The translations under genes were made by a program, and so were the position numbers. From the IMG/VR virus record IMGVR_UViG_3300025141_014349: a stretch of 64,000 nucleotides of DNA; one strand, written 5' to 3'. Source of the stretch: an uncultured virus (IMG/VR IMGVR_UViG_3300025141_014349). Taxonomy: Duplodnaviria > Heunggongvirae > Uroviricota > Caudoviricetes. Positions 47,565 through 57,959 of the stretch are shown piece after piece (position 1 is the stretch's first letter; every line of letters begins with the position of its first letter). The notes beneath the pieces were generated by a model. That model saw only the letters and a program-made list of their open reading frames with translations, had not been told where the DNA came from and did not search any database.

Positions 47565-50500
47565 ATGGGTGCTGAAGAAGTAAAAAAAGAAACTGAAGCG
47601 ACAAAGGAACTGACTGACGAGCAGAAGAAACTTATAGAGGCTCTGGCACAGAGATCCAGTTTGGTGGAGAGGATCAGGGATGCAGTAGAGGATGCTAAGA
47701 CTTTAGAAAAAGACTTGAAGGACATAGAGTTCGAAAGGAACACAGCTGCCCAAACGCTTCTGGGAACCCGCGAGCAAGAACTTGCATACGAACTTGAAAA
47801 TCTTGACATACAATACAAGCAATTAGAAAATGAGACGCAACTTGCCGAAATGGAATCTCAATCCCTTCAGCGCAAGATCGAGGAGGGGGAACTCAATGCC
47901 ACAGAGATCGCCGCTGCCGAAAAATCAATAGAGAAGACGCAGGAATTAGTAGCGGCAAATAGAGAAGTCCTTCGTACTCAAAAAAATAGCGTAGCAGAAC
48001 AGAAAAAGAAACTAAAAAATCAATCTGGATTGAATGATTTGATGGGAAGTTTCGCTGTCAAAGTAGGATTATCTGCTAAGTCTACTGATAGTTTGCTGGG
48101 GAAAATGATTACTGTGGGGGGCAACATCCGCCAGAATCTTAGAAATACTCAAGATTGGAAGGAAGGAATAAAATCACTTGGTTCTTCTTTTCTAGATGTC
48201 TTCAGTATTACCAACATGCTTTCTGCTGCCATAGGAGCGATGTTCAAGGCATCGCTAGAGTTTCTTTTTGCATCTTCTAAGGCGATGGCAGAGGTCAGCG
48301 CCGCGACAGGAACTGCGGGGGAAATGTCATCAACCGTGGCGAGTGCTATGGACTATGCATCGGGCATCGATATCGAGCAATCAGCTGCGGCGTTTATCGG
48401 ACTAGCGGGAAGTTTTACGCAACTTACTAGTGAGTCGAAAGAAAATAGAGATGCCCTAACTCTCCACGCAGGGCGCCTAGAGCGACTTGGTATGTCTGCT
48501 AGCGCCACAGGCAAAGGTCTAAATTACCTTATGGTTGGCATGGGAAAGAGCCGCGAAGAGGCAATGCACTTTCAGAGAGGATTGGCAGCAGCGGCATCCA
48601 CATTGGGCAAGTTGCCTCGACAAATGCAAGAAGATTGGCAGGCCACTACGGCGGTCTTGTCTGCGCAAGGGGACAAGCAACAGCAGGTCTTCTTGGCGCT
48701 CCAAGCCACTGCCAAGGAGACTGGTCTTGCGTACCAGGATGTGCTAGGAATTGCATCAAAATTTGATACGTTTGATTCCGCTGCCGATTCGGTTGGATCG
48801 TTGAATGCTATTTTGGGAGGCGATTATCTTAATAGCGTAGATATGATGGCGATGTCCGAAAGCGAAAGAGTGGATGCCCTCAAAAGAGTTTTGGATGCGC
48901 AAGGAAAAACTTTCAATCAAATGGAAAGATATGAGAGAAAGGCACTTGCGAAATCGATGGGAGTAGACACAGCACAACTAGCACAGTTGATGGGTTCTCA
49001 AACTGAAGAAGAAAAAAAAGCAGCAGAAGCAGCAGCAAAGAAAATGAAAAACCAGGAAAAAATGCAGAAAATGCTGACTAGCACTGTTGACCTGATGAAG
49101 ATGATTCAACTTCAGTTTGCTGCTTTTTTTAGGAACAAGGATGTGATGGACGCAATGAAGGCAGGCATCAAGGCAATCTTCGGGAAGGATGGATTTCTAA
49201 TCAAGAATAAGGACGCAATCATCGGCGCCCTCAACGCGCTTGGGAAGGCGATTGGCTTTCTCATTCTTGTGGGAGTATACCTACTAGACAATGTTCTTGG
49301 TCCCTTTGTTGCTGTTATTCTCTTTTTAATTAAACCCCTTCTTGCTGTGCGTAAAGGATTCAAGTGGTTATTTAGTGCAGGAGAAAAGGATGGCGAGAAG
49401 ACACTAAGTCGCTGGAAGCAATTTACGGGGTGGATGTCGAAAACATTCCCCACCGCCGCGAACATTGTCAAAAAAGCAGGGCAGAAAATAACTGCGGTTT
49501 TCGAGGGAGTATCCCACATCTTTCGTTTGCTGTGGGAAGTCATAAAGCATGTTGGAGAGAAAATAAGCAACGCCCTGACAAGGATGTTTGGCGCCATGAC
49601 AAAGAGCGGCGGCACGGCCCTAAAGTGGTTGACGAGCATGCCGGGCAAAATACTCTCGTCGCTGGGTAAACTTCCTGGTAAAATTATAGAATTCGGACCA
49701 AAACTGTTTAAAGGGTTGAAATGGTTGTTCTCTCAGGCAATGTCTAAGATTATGATGGTTTTCACCATTACTTCATTGTTAGATTCACTACTACCAGATA
49801 ATGTGATGGGAGAAGGAAGCGTCGCGAAAAAAATTGCAGGATTGGTAACTGCTATCATATCGTTCTTTACGTTGGGATTGCTTAGTGAAGACACTACCGC
49901 TGGCATTATGACGTGGTTGGGGGATTTCTTTACTAACATAGGTGACTTCATTTTTGGAACTCTAGAGGAGTGGGCTAACTCGGATAACCTCGTGAAGAGT
50001 TTCATCGGCAACTGGTTCGGCGGAATTGCTGTTCTTGTTCAGTCCTTTCTTGATATGGTGATAAGCGGTTTCGCCTATTTTGGTAAAATGCTAAACGCCA
50101 TCTTTTTTGAGCCTAAGGAAACCTTCAATGCTGTTATGGAGTCTCTGGAATATATTCCGGGATTTCTTGGTTATCTTGCGATTCAGGCGGTCGACGCGTT
50201 CTTGTGGCCATTTCAATGGCTTGGAGAAAAGATAGGAAAATTCTTCAGCGATGCCTATGACGCAGTGGTAGAACTCCTTTCGGGGAGTCCCATTGATGCC
50301 CCCAGCAGTCTGTTTGGCAAAATAGGAACTGCACTTCTTCAGGGAATAATAAACCCCTTCGATGGAATGGGAGCAGCACTAGTTGAAAAGGTGAGCGGCG
50401 CTTGGAAATCTGTAACAGATTTTCTGGGCATCCATTCTGATGCCAAGGTGGGAGAGGATGCAGGAGAGAGTTGGATGGGAGGGATTATTGGTGGATTCAA

Positions 50501-51110
50501 AAAGATGGGATCCAAATTCCTGAAGAACTTTACTGGAATATTCGACCTTCTTGAGATTCCTTCTTTTGATGAAATGTTGGCGGGACTAGGTTCTCTGGTG
50601 ATGACAATGCTTAAAGAAATTTCTGCTGTAGCGTTTGGTATCCGAGACACGTTCAATATTGTTATTTCTTCTATCCTAGAACTTACACAATCTCTTTCTT
50701 CCATGGCGCTTGGTATCCCAGCGTCATTCAAGACCATTACTTCTTCTATTCTAGAAATTACAAAAGCCATCTTGGAGATTCCATCTAAAAAAATTATGGA
50801 CTTTGTTATTGGCATGGAATCAATACTAGAGCCCGCCGCTCAAATAAGCAATCCTACTGGCGCCGTCCAAATTATAAAAGAAGCAACTAAGTATCAAAGA
50901 GAGGTCGCTTCCAACAAAGATGTTGTTGATGGATTGAAAGAAATATTGAAAGCCACACAAGGAGTTGCTGCTGCATCTGGCGGCACCACCGGAGGAGCGG
51001 CCGCATCGGGCGGCGGTCAGGTTATTCAACTTAATATTGATGGACGACCTCTCAAAAGGTTTATACTGGACACCAGCAGAAACGAATTGACAACTACTTA
51101 TGGATCATAA
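47565..51110 (+). CDS. Tape measure protein
   Basis: 1181 aa; N-terminal coiled coil, Ala/Gly-rich helices, periodic W/F amphipathic segments; ends IQLNIDGR. Confidence 0.85.
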   Translation: MGAEEVKKETEATKELTDEQKKLIEALAQRSSLVERIRDAVEDAKTLEKDLKDIEFERNTAAQTLLGTREQELAYELENLDIQYKQLENETQLAEMESQSLQRKIEEGELNATEIAAAEKSIEKTQELVAANREVLRTQKNSVAEQKKKLKNQSGLNDLMGSFAVKVGLSAKSTDSLLGKMITVGGNIRQNLRNTQDWKEGIKSLGSSFLDVFSITNMLSAAIGAMFKASLEFLFASSKAMAEVSAATGTAGEMSSTVASAMDYASGIDIEQSAAAFIGLAGSFTQLTSESKENRDALTLHAGRLERLGMSASATGKGLNYLMVGMGKSREEAMHFQRGLAAAASTLGKLPRQMQEDWQATTAVLSAQGDKQQQVFLALQATAKETGLAYQDVLGIASKFDTFDSAADSVGSLNAILGGDYLNSVDMMAMSESERVDALKRVLDAQGKTFNQMERYERKALAKSMGVDTAQLAQLMGSQTEEEKKAAEAAAKKMKNQEKMQKMLTSTVDLMKMIQLQFAAFFRNKDVMDAMKAGIKAIFGKDGFLIKNKDAIIGALNALGKAIGFLILVGVYLLDNVLGPFVAVILFLIKPLLAVRKGFKWLFSAGEKDGEKTLSRWKQFTGWMSKTFPTAANIVKKAGQKITAVFEGVSHIFRLLWEVIKHVGEKISNALTRMFGAMTKSGGTALKWLTSMPGKILSSLGKLPGKIIEFGPKLFKGLKWLFSQAMSKIMMVFTITSLLDSLLPDNVMGEGSVAKKIAGLVTAIISFFTLGLLSEDTTAGIMTWLGDFFTNIGDFIFGTLEEWANSDNLVKSFIGNWFGGIAVLVQSFLDMVISGFAYFGKMLNAIFFEPKETFNAVMESLEYIPGFLGYLAIQAVDAFLWPFQWLGEKIGKFFSDAYDAVVELLSGSPIDAPSSLFGKIGTALLQGIINPFDGMGAALVEKVSGAWKSVTDFLGIHSDAKVGEDAGESWMGGIIGGFKKMGSKFLKNFTGIFDLLEIPSFDEMLAGLGSLVMTMLKEISAVAFGIRDTFNIVISSILELTQSLSSMALGIPASFKTITSSILEITKAILEIPSKKIMDFVIGMESILEPAAQISNPTGAVQIIKEATKYQREVASNKDVVDGLKEILKATQGVAAASGGTTGGAAASGGGQVIQLNIDGRPLKRFILDTSRNELTTTYGS

Positions 51111-51125
51111 CGCAGGAGAATAATA

Positions 51126-52523
51126 ATGACACATACACCAGGACACACTACTCGCTTTTTATGGGATCAAGCGATGATCAAGGAATATTCCTCACGCGCG
51201 CGCGCGATGATCCAGGAATATTCCTCACGCGGGCTAAATAAAAAAGAAATGCCCGATCTTCGTGGCGGCGTAATAAAGGCGCGAGGTGGCATAGGAGACC
51301 CCAATCAATCTTACAGTGATGATACTGCCGCCCTTGCGCTTAGGAACAATGAGATTGTGGAAATATATCATATTCCTACTAAAACAATTATATCCTTCAA
51401 AGCTTTTATAACCGAATTTAAAGATAATTACACCACCGACTACCACAAAGAACAGGTGTTCGGCAGGATGGATCCCATCACTACGTTTAAGTCCGTACAG
51501 CGTTCGATCAATATTGGGTTTACGGTTCCCTCGGTATCTTTGAAGGAAGCACGATGGAACTTGCAGAACATGAATCGCTTAATCTCGCGCCTTTATCCTG
51601 TATATGACACAGATAGTGCTACTCCTATACGAGGAGGCGCTAGCACCATTAGGAGCGGTCCTCTTTTTAAAATTAAGTTTGGTAATTTGATAGGCGAAGC
51701 GACCGGCAGGCCACGCACTCAATATGGCCTGCCGCAAATGGATGGACTGCCGGGCGTGATCGGTGGCATTTCTTATGATCCTATCTTAGAAGAAGGCACT
51801 TTTGATGAGATGGTGGACGGAAAACATACGGGAAATTTTTATCCTCAAAGTATTCGAGTTTCTTTTGAATTTAGTGTGCTCCATGATAGTAAACTGGGAT
51901 GGGATGATACCGGTCAATGGCGCAATAAAGCAGCAGTTCCGTCCCCCGGATCAAGCAACGCTGACGGCAACAATCCTAATTTTCCTTATGGTATCGGAGA
52001 GGCCGTAATTCCATGGGATTCTCGGAACCCCGTCACACCCCAAACTCACCTCGAAGAACTTCCCCCAATGTCTCGCCATCCGATTGGGGTCAAGGTTGGC
52101 CCGGACACTCTACGTCAAAGCTGGGAGGGTGTCCAAGATGCCACTTCCTTTAAGCGTATGTCAGATAGAGAGAGATACCAGCAAATGATTGATGAAGGAG
52201 TTAGCGCCGGCGGAATGAGTGAGGAAGAGTTGGCATACTTGCGGAAGGTGAGAGACCAGGTTCCCACAAATGACATAAGATCGGGTATGGACGCACGCAA
52301 AGAGGCGATGAAACATTCCATTTGGGGTGACACATGGCAGGAACGCTTGCATAATCGCTTGAATCTTAAGAGTGATCTCTTGCGAACACGCATGGAAATA
52401 CGTACTCGCGATTTGCTCGGACCTACTTTCGGAGGCATGGCAACACAGTGGGGCGAAGACGCTATAGATCAGGGACTAGTTCACCGATCCATCGGTGATG
52501 TGATTCCTTATCCAAATGGATAG
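51126..52523 (+). CDS. Baseplate tube-initiator-like protein with C-terminal extension
   Basis: FKAFITEFKDNY, VFGRMDPI..F...R.I, PLFKIKFGNL; follows the TMP. Confidence 0.6.
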   Translation: MTHTPGHTTRFLWDQAMIKEYSSRARAMIQEYSSRGLNKKEMPDLRGGVIKARGGIGDPNQSYSDDTAALALRNNEIVEIYHIPTKTIISFKAFITEFKDNYTTDYHKEQVFGRMDPITTFKSVQRSINIGFTVPSVSLKEARWNLQNMNRLISRLYPVYDTDSATPIRGGASTIRSGPLFKIKFGNLIGEATGRPRTQYGLPQMDGLPGVIGGISYDPILEEGTFDEMVDGKHTGNFYPQSIRVSFEFSVLHDSKLGWDDTGQWRNKAAVPSPGSSNADGNNPNFPYGIGEAVIPWDSRNPVTPQTHLEELPPMSRHPIGVKVGPDTLRQSWEGVQDATSFKRMSDRERYQQMIDEGVSAGGMSEEELAYLRKVRDQVPTNDIRSGMDARKEAMKHSIWGDTWQERLHNRLNLKSDLLRTRMEIRTRDLLGPTFGGMATQWGEDAIDQGLVHRSIGDVIPYPNG

Positions 52524-52536
52524 GAGAGAGATATAA

Positions 52537-52881
52537 ATGACATCTCGGTTTGATAATAGGACAATAGTGAGGAATCAGAATGAAATGTATAAACCTCTTT
52601 TGAAAAAGAGAGGCATTAAGTTTATAAATCAGTATAAAAGTGCAAGACTATCCTTTCCCACTCCGCGCGAAAGAGCGTCCCTCAAAGAAGTGGATTACGC
52701 ATGGAAAGCAGGCGATAAGTATTTCAAGTTAGCACATAGATTTTACGGGGACGCTAGTTTGTGGTGGATCATTGCTTGGTATAACCACAAACCCACAGAA
52801 GCAGATGTCCGCCCAGGTCAAGTAATTACTATACCATTGCCGCTAGATGCGATACTGCCTCTTTTGATGCGCCGCCGCTAA
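52537..52881 (+). CDS. LysM-type baseplate wedge protein (gp53/tail X-like)
   Basis: GDKYFKLAHRFYGDASLWWIIAWYN...GQVITIP. Confidence 0.85.
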   Translation: MTSRFDNRTIVRNQNEMYKPLLKKRGIKFINQYKSARLSFPTPRERASLKEVDYAWKAGDKYFKLAHRFYGDASLWWIIAWYNHKPTEADVRPGQVITIPLPLDAILPLLMRRR

Positions 52882-52897
52882 GGGGAGGGAAATTCAT

Positions 52898-55549
52898 ATG
52901 GTTGGATTCGCCCACGAAGGATCTTTTGGAACTAAGTTTGAAGAAAGCACCGATAAAGAGAAAGGTGTTGATAAAAAACCCGCTGGTGAGATTAAGAAAA
53001 AATTATCTCAATCAGAGATAGATAAGTGCATTAAGGACGCCAGGGATACAGAGGCGTGGACAACGTGTGTAACGAAGAAAGCCGACGAGTGGCTTACCTG
53101 GCAATCGGGCGCAGAAGAGCATTGCGACGAAGAGAGCGCTGATAAGTGCGCAAAGGGTGTTGTTCCACGGAAAAAGAAAACTCTGAATGCTGAGAAGGTT
53201 CGCAAGGAAAAGGGACAATCTGAACAAAGTTATTTATTACAAAATCTAAGTACCATTTCGAAAGACCGGCAGACATCGGACACCCCTCACGAGTCTGAGT
53301 TCCCCAATTTGATTTTAGTGAAGGGCGTCGAAGGTAATCTAACTAATGTAATGTCGTGTAGTCGAAAGTTGGGACCTCTCTTGAATGCCAGTCCTCTAGA
53401 ATTGTCCTCCCTCATGCCGAGTATTCGTATTTTTAAAAAATATTTGAGTCCCGGTCCTGAACACGAGGCCGACCAAATGGATGAATTTAGATTTGCGGAT
53501 TCTCTGCGGGTAGGAGATCTCACCGCACCCACCAGCATATACGGTTCGGGGGTTGGTCTCAAAAGTTTTGAGTGGAAAACAACGGGGACTGATGCATACA
53601 CAGCTCCGCGCACGCTGATGGCGACTCTCAAATTGCATTTCCAAACTATAGATGATTTACTGCCGCCAGATGCTGACCAGTGTGACTACGGTCCTAAGTG
53701 GGTAGATCTTATTATTCAAAAAGGAAGATCTCAGACTGCCAAAATCGCCAGTCAGAAATGCGACTTTGAAGAAACGCCGGCACAAAAGGAAAATAAGTGC
53801 GAAGACATAAACCCGAACTTTATGGATTACACCATAATGGTAGAGGTGGGATATGTTTATGCCTCAAACAATGAATTAAGTGATGCATTGAAAGACGCAG
53901 TTAACACTTCCCGAGTGATGCTCGCGCTGTCTCTACGCTCACATCGATTTTCTTTTCGAGACAATGGTTCTATTGACTTAGAAATTGAATACCAAGCATG
54001 GTATGAAGGAGTCACAGACACCTATAAGACTGATGTGTTTAATCTCGCCAGCAACGGAACTAATCCTATTGCTAAAAAGATCACAAAATTGGAAACTATG
54101 AAGATGCAGACACAAAAGAGCATCTCATCCCCCCAGGGACTTGCTTGCGATATAAAAGAAGCAAAATCCACCCAGAAGAGTACGGATGCTTTAGAAAAAG
54201 AAATGTCAAAAATCCAAGAGGACATTGAAAAAACGACGAAGGAAATAGATGAGCAGAAAAAAAATCTCAGGGCATCCAATTATGGTTCTTTTGTTCAATA
54301 TCTAATAAGGCAGAAGGCACTCTTTTCCATGACGGTTCGAAACTCTTGGTATGTACGTGGGCAGTTGCCCAAGAATCGAAGCACATCTAAGACATTCGAC
54401 AAGAGACCAGTGAAGAGGGGATATAGAAGAGTTTATTATTTCTTTTTGGGAGATCTTATAAACTTCATATCCAATGCGCTCCCAAACTATGGAGAATTGA
54501 CGGGATTGCCATCCAATGCAGAAGCAGTGGATAGAAATTTTGAAATAGTTCTTGGGGATATGGAATATTTAGATTGGAAAATTTTCAAAAAAGAAGTGTC
54601 CGAGGCAACAAGTTTTGCTAATTTGACACAGGAGCAAAAAAATGATATTGTTAGCACCAGTCGTAAGAATGAAAATTTAGCGTATCTTCCCATCTCTCTT
54701 GATTTGTATAGCGTATGGTTCGATAAAAATGTGAAGAATGGCAACACAGTGTGGACTTTTCACAACTATATCAATGCCCTTTTAGATCAGTTGCTCAAAG
54801 GTACACTCCAATCTCGCGCCGGCGACGAAATTGGCACCGACGCAATGCGCCTTTATAACGAGAGGAAAAGAGTAAGGCGCGGCATTTTAACGGGGAGAAA
54901 CTCTCTCTTACAAAGGGGGAGAGTGGTTTCCCAACCCAATAGTGTGGTAAATAGTTCGGGCGAAAACCGCATCTATATTGATCCCACCCTTAACAGCGGA
55001 ATCAGCACCCAATACCTTGTCCTTTCTGCTACTAGTCTTCCGTTCAGTTCTACCAACATTGACGAGGTGGCAAATATAAAAGAAGGCATTTATCACTTGA
55101 AGATAGGTACCGACGCTGGTATCGTTAAGTCTATAGATTTCAAGAGAACAGACAAGGGACACATCAGGGATTGGAACATTATGAAAGCCTACAACACTGG
55201 GGATACGAGTGTGGGCGCCATCCTCGAACCTTACAATGCCACTGTACGATTGTTTGGGTCTGCCTTCTTTCAACCTGGTCAATACGTGTATCTTAACCCT
55301 GCCACTCTAGGATCTGCCGATGCTTATACGCGGTTGTCGTTGGCGAGAAAATTGGGGTTGGGGGGATTTTATTTAATTACATCGGTTTCGACAGTAGCAG
55401 AGGAAGGTAAACTAGAGACTGTTCTAGATTGTGCATTCGAGTATTATGGGAATCTGCCTGGGGATTCGCCATTTGGGCAAGCGACTTCTACTATTTGGTC
55501 CACAGTTCCCTATCAGGATATAGAAAATCCGGAAGGAACCATAGCATAA
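52898..55549 (+). CDS. Putative baseplate hub protein
   Basis: Position; C-terminal VRLFGSAFFQPGQYVYL...GGFYLITSVS hub-like motif. Confidence 0.55.
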   Translation: MVGFAHEGSFGTKFEESTDKEKGVDKKPAGEIKKKLSQSEIDKCIKDARDTEAWTTCVTKKADEWLTWQSGAEEHCDEESADKCAKGVVPRKKKTLNAEKVRKEKGQSEQSYLLQNLSTISKDRQTSDTPHESEFPNLILVKGVEGNLTNVMSCSRKLGPLLNASPLELSSLMPSIRIFKKYLSPGPEHEADQMDEFRFADSLRVGDLTAPTSIYGSGVGLKSFEWKTTGTDAYTAPRTLMATLKLHFQTIDDLLPPDADQCDYGPKWVDLIIQKGRSQTAKIASQKCDFEETPAQKENKCEDINPNFMDYTIMVEVGYVYASNNELSDALKDAVNTSRVMLALSLRSHRFSFRDNGSIDLEIEYQAWYEGVTDTYKTDVFNLASNGTNPIAKKITKLETMKMQTQKSISSPQGLACDIKEAKSTQKSTDALEKEMSKIQEDIEKTTKEIDEQKKNLRASNYGSFVQYLIRQKALFSMTVRNSWYVRGQLPKNRSTSKTFDKRPVKRGYRRVYYFFLGDLINFISNALPNYGELTGLPSNAEAVDRNFEIVLGDMEYLDWKIFKKEVSEATSFANLTQEQKNDIVSTSRKNENLAYLPISLDLYSVWFDKNVKNGNTVWTFHNYINALLDQLLKGTLQSRAGDEIGTDAMRLYNERKRVRRGILTGRNSLLQRGRVVSQPNSVVNSSGENRIYIDPTLNSGISTQYLVLSATSLPFSSTNIDEVANIKEGIYHLKIGTDAGIVKSIDFKRTDKGHIRDWNIMKAYNTGDTSVGAILEPYNATVRLFGSAFFQPGQYVYLNPATLGSADAYTRLSLARKLGLGGFYLITSVSTVAEEGKLETVLDCAFEYYGNLPGDSPFGQATSTIWSTVPYQDIENPEGTIA

Positions 55550-56776
55550 ATGAAAATTAGTTTCGGCGCCAATGATTTGCTAGCAAGCGCCTCGTTTGAT
55601 CAGCGCGTTCAATACCAAGACAATTACCCAGAGGGCATCAGAAACTATCGTGCCATAGACTATTGGTATGACGATGGGAATTATGGGAGACTCAATAGTG
55701 TCGGGGATCCAGTGTACCCTTCGGAGGCAAACCTCAAGCAACTAAGAGGAACTGGCGATAATGTATGTTATGTGTTGAATTTTGTGGCAGATGCATTTGA
55801 GGCGCTCCGTAATGCAGTGCGCTTTCAGCAGTCGAAAAATAATTTAGTCAACATTGGAGGAACTCCTTTCGAATTGGTGGCGTCAGCAGGATGGGTTAGT
55901 CTGAATGTCGCCTACACTCGCCACGCGCAGCATTTTTATGGGACTCACCTTTATCCTCATCTCTTGACGCCCACTGTTTCTGAAGATATTGTAGACTTTG
56001 ATGATTTCATTGAGGCGTTTACACAATTGGCGGACCAGGCGCTCTTGGTGACTCCGTTCACTAAGACTGAATATCTTATGAGTAAAAATTCCTCTCCGCT
56101 GATGAGCGGACTGGTGATCGAACTAAGTGACCTTTACGATCACGGAAGCGATCTAGAGAAGATAACTGATTTTATAAACAGTAATAACTTTGAAGTATAT
56201 AGAGAGATAGCGAACCTGCATGGGTTTGCAGTTGACAGGAACGCGCCCTGGAGACTCGTTGCGCTTCCAGGGTATCCTGCTATGCAGCGCTTCATGTCAA
56301 AGTATGGGGTAACTCTAAAGACGCTTTTTAAGAAGTATTATTATACTTCCTACTTTCTGGATATTCCAAGCATGAAATCCCATCTCTTTCAATATTATCA
56401 AGCGTTCACTACAGACTCTCCTGAGGTCCGCGTTCCCATTGTACGCGAGATGGGAGACAAAAAAATTAGCTTGACAAAGGTGATCCCGCGTGCTACACTG
56501 TCTCTTCAGGATTTTTTAGAAAAGTATAATAATTTATTTTGGATTCGTTTGTATGTTTATGTAAGGGCAAAGGAAACCAATCGCGATTGGAATCAATATA
56601 AGTTTGATCATATCGTGAAAGAAGCGAGTGATTTTTTTACTTATTCGACTGAGGCGGCAGCGTTTAAGTTCATCAATAAAGAGGTAAGAAGGTTCCCCTC
56701 GGACCAATTGGTCCCTTACCGTCGAGGATCCTTTAGGTTTAAAAGAAAGCGCAAATATCGTGAAGAGAATAGATAA
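55550..56776 (+). CDS. Hypothetical protein
   Basis: 408 aa; NFVADAF and GFAVDRNAPWRLVA motifs; function unclear. Confidence 0.6.
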   Translation: MKISFGANDLLASASFDQRVQYQDNYPEGIRNYRAIDYWYDDGNYGRLNSVGDPVYPSEANLKQLRGTGDNVCYVLNFVADAFEALRNAVRFQQSKNNLVNIGGTPFELVASAGWVSLNVAYTRHAQHFYGTHLYPHLLTPTVSEDIVDFDDFIEAFTQLADQALLVTPFTKTEYLMSKNSSPLMSGLVIELSDLYDHGSDLEKITDFINSNNFEVYREIANLHGFAVDRNAPWRLVALPGYPAMQRFMSKYGVTLKTLFKKYYYTSYFLDIPSMKSHLFQYYQAFTTDSPEVRVPIVREMGDKKISLTKVIPRATLSLQDFLEKYNNLFWIRLYVYVRAKETNRDWNQYKFDHIVKEASDFFTYSTEAAAFKFINKEVRRFPSDQLVPYRRGSFRFKRKRKYREENR

Positions 56777-57959
56777 TGTTTTTACTGTTTTAGATTCAAA
56801 GAAAGAATGTTTAGGATATTATTATAGTGGCGATATAGCACCCGAGAAAACTCAAGATCAGTTTATAACATGGGATTACAAATCAGATTTTCATGAAGAT
56901 TATCTGGAGTATACTCAGTTATATGCCTTGGGCAAAACTCTTGGTGAAATATGTCCCCCCCACCTACAAGAAGAATGGGCCCGCCTCCAGAAGAAGAGAG
57001 CATCGTTTCAGAATGCACTTTGCACCGCGAAGGTGGACATGAATAGCGTCTGTGCCTATGACGTAATACCTCAGTGGTTTTTGAAGGAATACTCTCAAGT
57101 CAAGTGCGACATCATAGAATGGGTATATGAAAAAATAGAGCGCCCTTCCAATTATGATAAGATGCTTGGGCTAGAGAGACTCTTTGATGAGATAAAGTCC
57201 AATCCTCTGAGGGTTGACTTGGGGGCAATGAAAGGGGACGTGTCTTCCATGGTGGTGAGGCAAAACTTGAAGAAGTTGAGGGGGGCATCCAATTCAATAT
57301 CTTATAACCAGCACGGATCTATCACGGGTCGCCTTACTCTAGAGAGAGATAGTTTTCCTATTTTGAACCTTCCTAAGAATTTTAGAAAAATACTAAAACC
57401 AACTAATGATTTCTTTGTGGAGTTCGATTATAACGCAGCAGAACTAAGAACGCTGTTGGCGACCATGAACATCGAGCAACCGATGGAGGATATACACGAC
57501 TGGAATAGGCGCCACATCTTCAGAGATGGGTGCACCCGAGAAGAGGCGAAGAAGAGAGTCTTTGCATGGTTATACAATCCAGACTCCAAAGATGATTTGC
57601 TGAATCAATCCTATGACCGAGATGCAGTGCTCTCTAAGTATTGGGACGGCACGAAGGTGACAACTCCGTTTGGAAGGGAAATGGAAGCGGGCGAACATTA
57701 CGCTCTAAACTATATCATTCAGAGCACAACCAGCGATCTGGTTTTAGAGCAAGTGCTCAAAGTGCGCGAATTTCTTAAGGAATCCGATTCGAAAATAGTT
57801 TTTTTGATTCACGATAGTTTTGTGCTTGACATTCCCGCCGAAACGCGCTATAATATACCGGAGATCAAAAACATATTTGCGTCTAATCGCTTCGGAAAGT
57901 ATAGGGTTGGAGTAAAGGTGGGAAAAGATTTTGGTAGCATGAAGGAGATTGCTGTATGA
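56760..57959 (+). CDS. Minimal family A DNA polymerase (polymerase domain only)
   Basis: TGRL; motif A EFDYNAAELR; motif B REEAKKRVFAWLY; ALNYIIQS; motif C IHDSFV. Confidence 0.85.
   Translation: MKRIDNVFTVLDSKKECLGYYYSGDIAPEKTQDQFITWDYKSDFHEDYLEYTQLYALGKTLGEICPPHLQEEWARLQKKRASFQNALCTAKVDMNSVCAYDVIPQWFLKEYSQVKCDIIEWVYEKIERPSNYDKMLGLERLFDEIKSNPLRVDLGAMKGDVSSMVVRQNLKKLRGASNSISYNQHGSITGRLTLERDSFPILNLPKNFRKILKPTNDFFVEFDYNAAELRTLLATMNIEQPMEDIHDWNRRHIFRDGCTREEAKKRVFAWLYNPDSKDDLLNQSYDRDAVLSKYWDGTKVTTPFGREMEAGEHYALNYIIQSTTSDLVLEQVLKVREFLKESDSKIVFLIHDSFVLDIPAETRYNIPEIKNIFASNRFGKYRVGVKVGKDFGSMKEIAV

Noticed and set aside
42565..55549. Bacterial contractile injection system or tailocin
   Set aside because: Linked capsid, portal, terminase and replication genes show a complete phage
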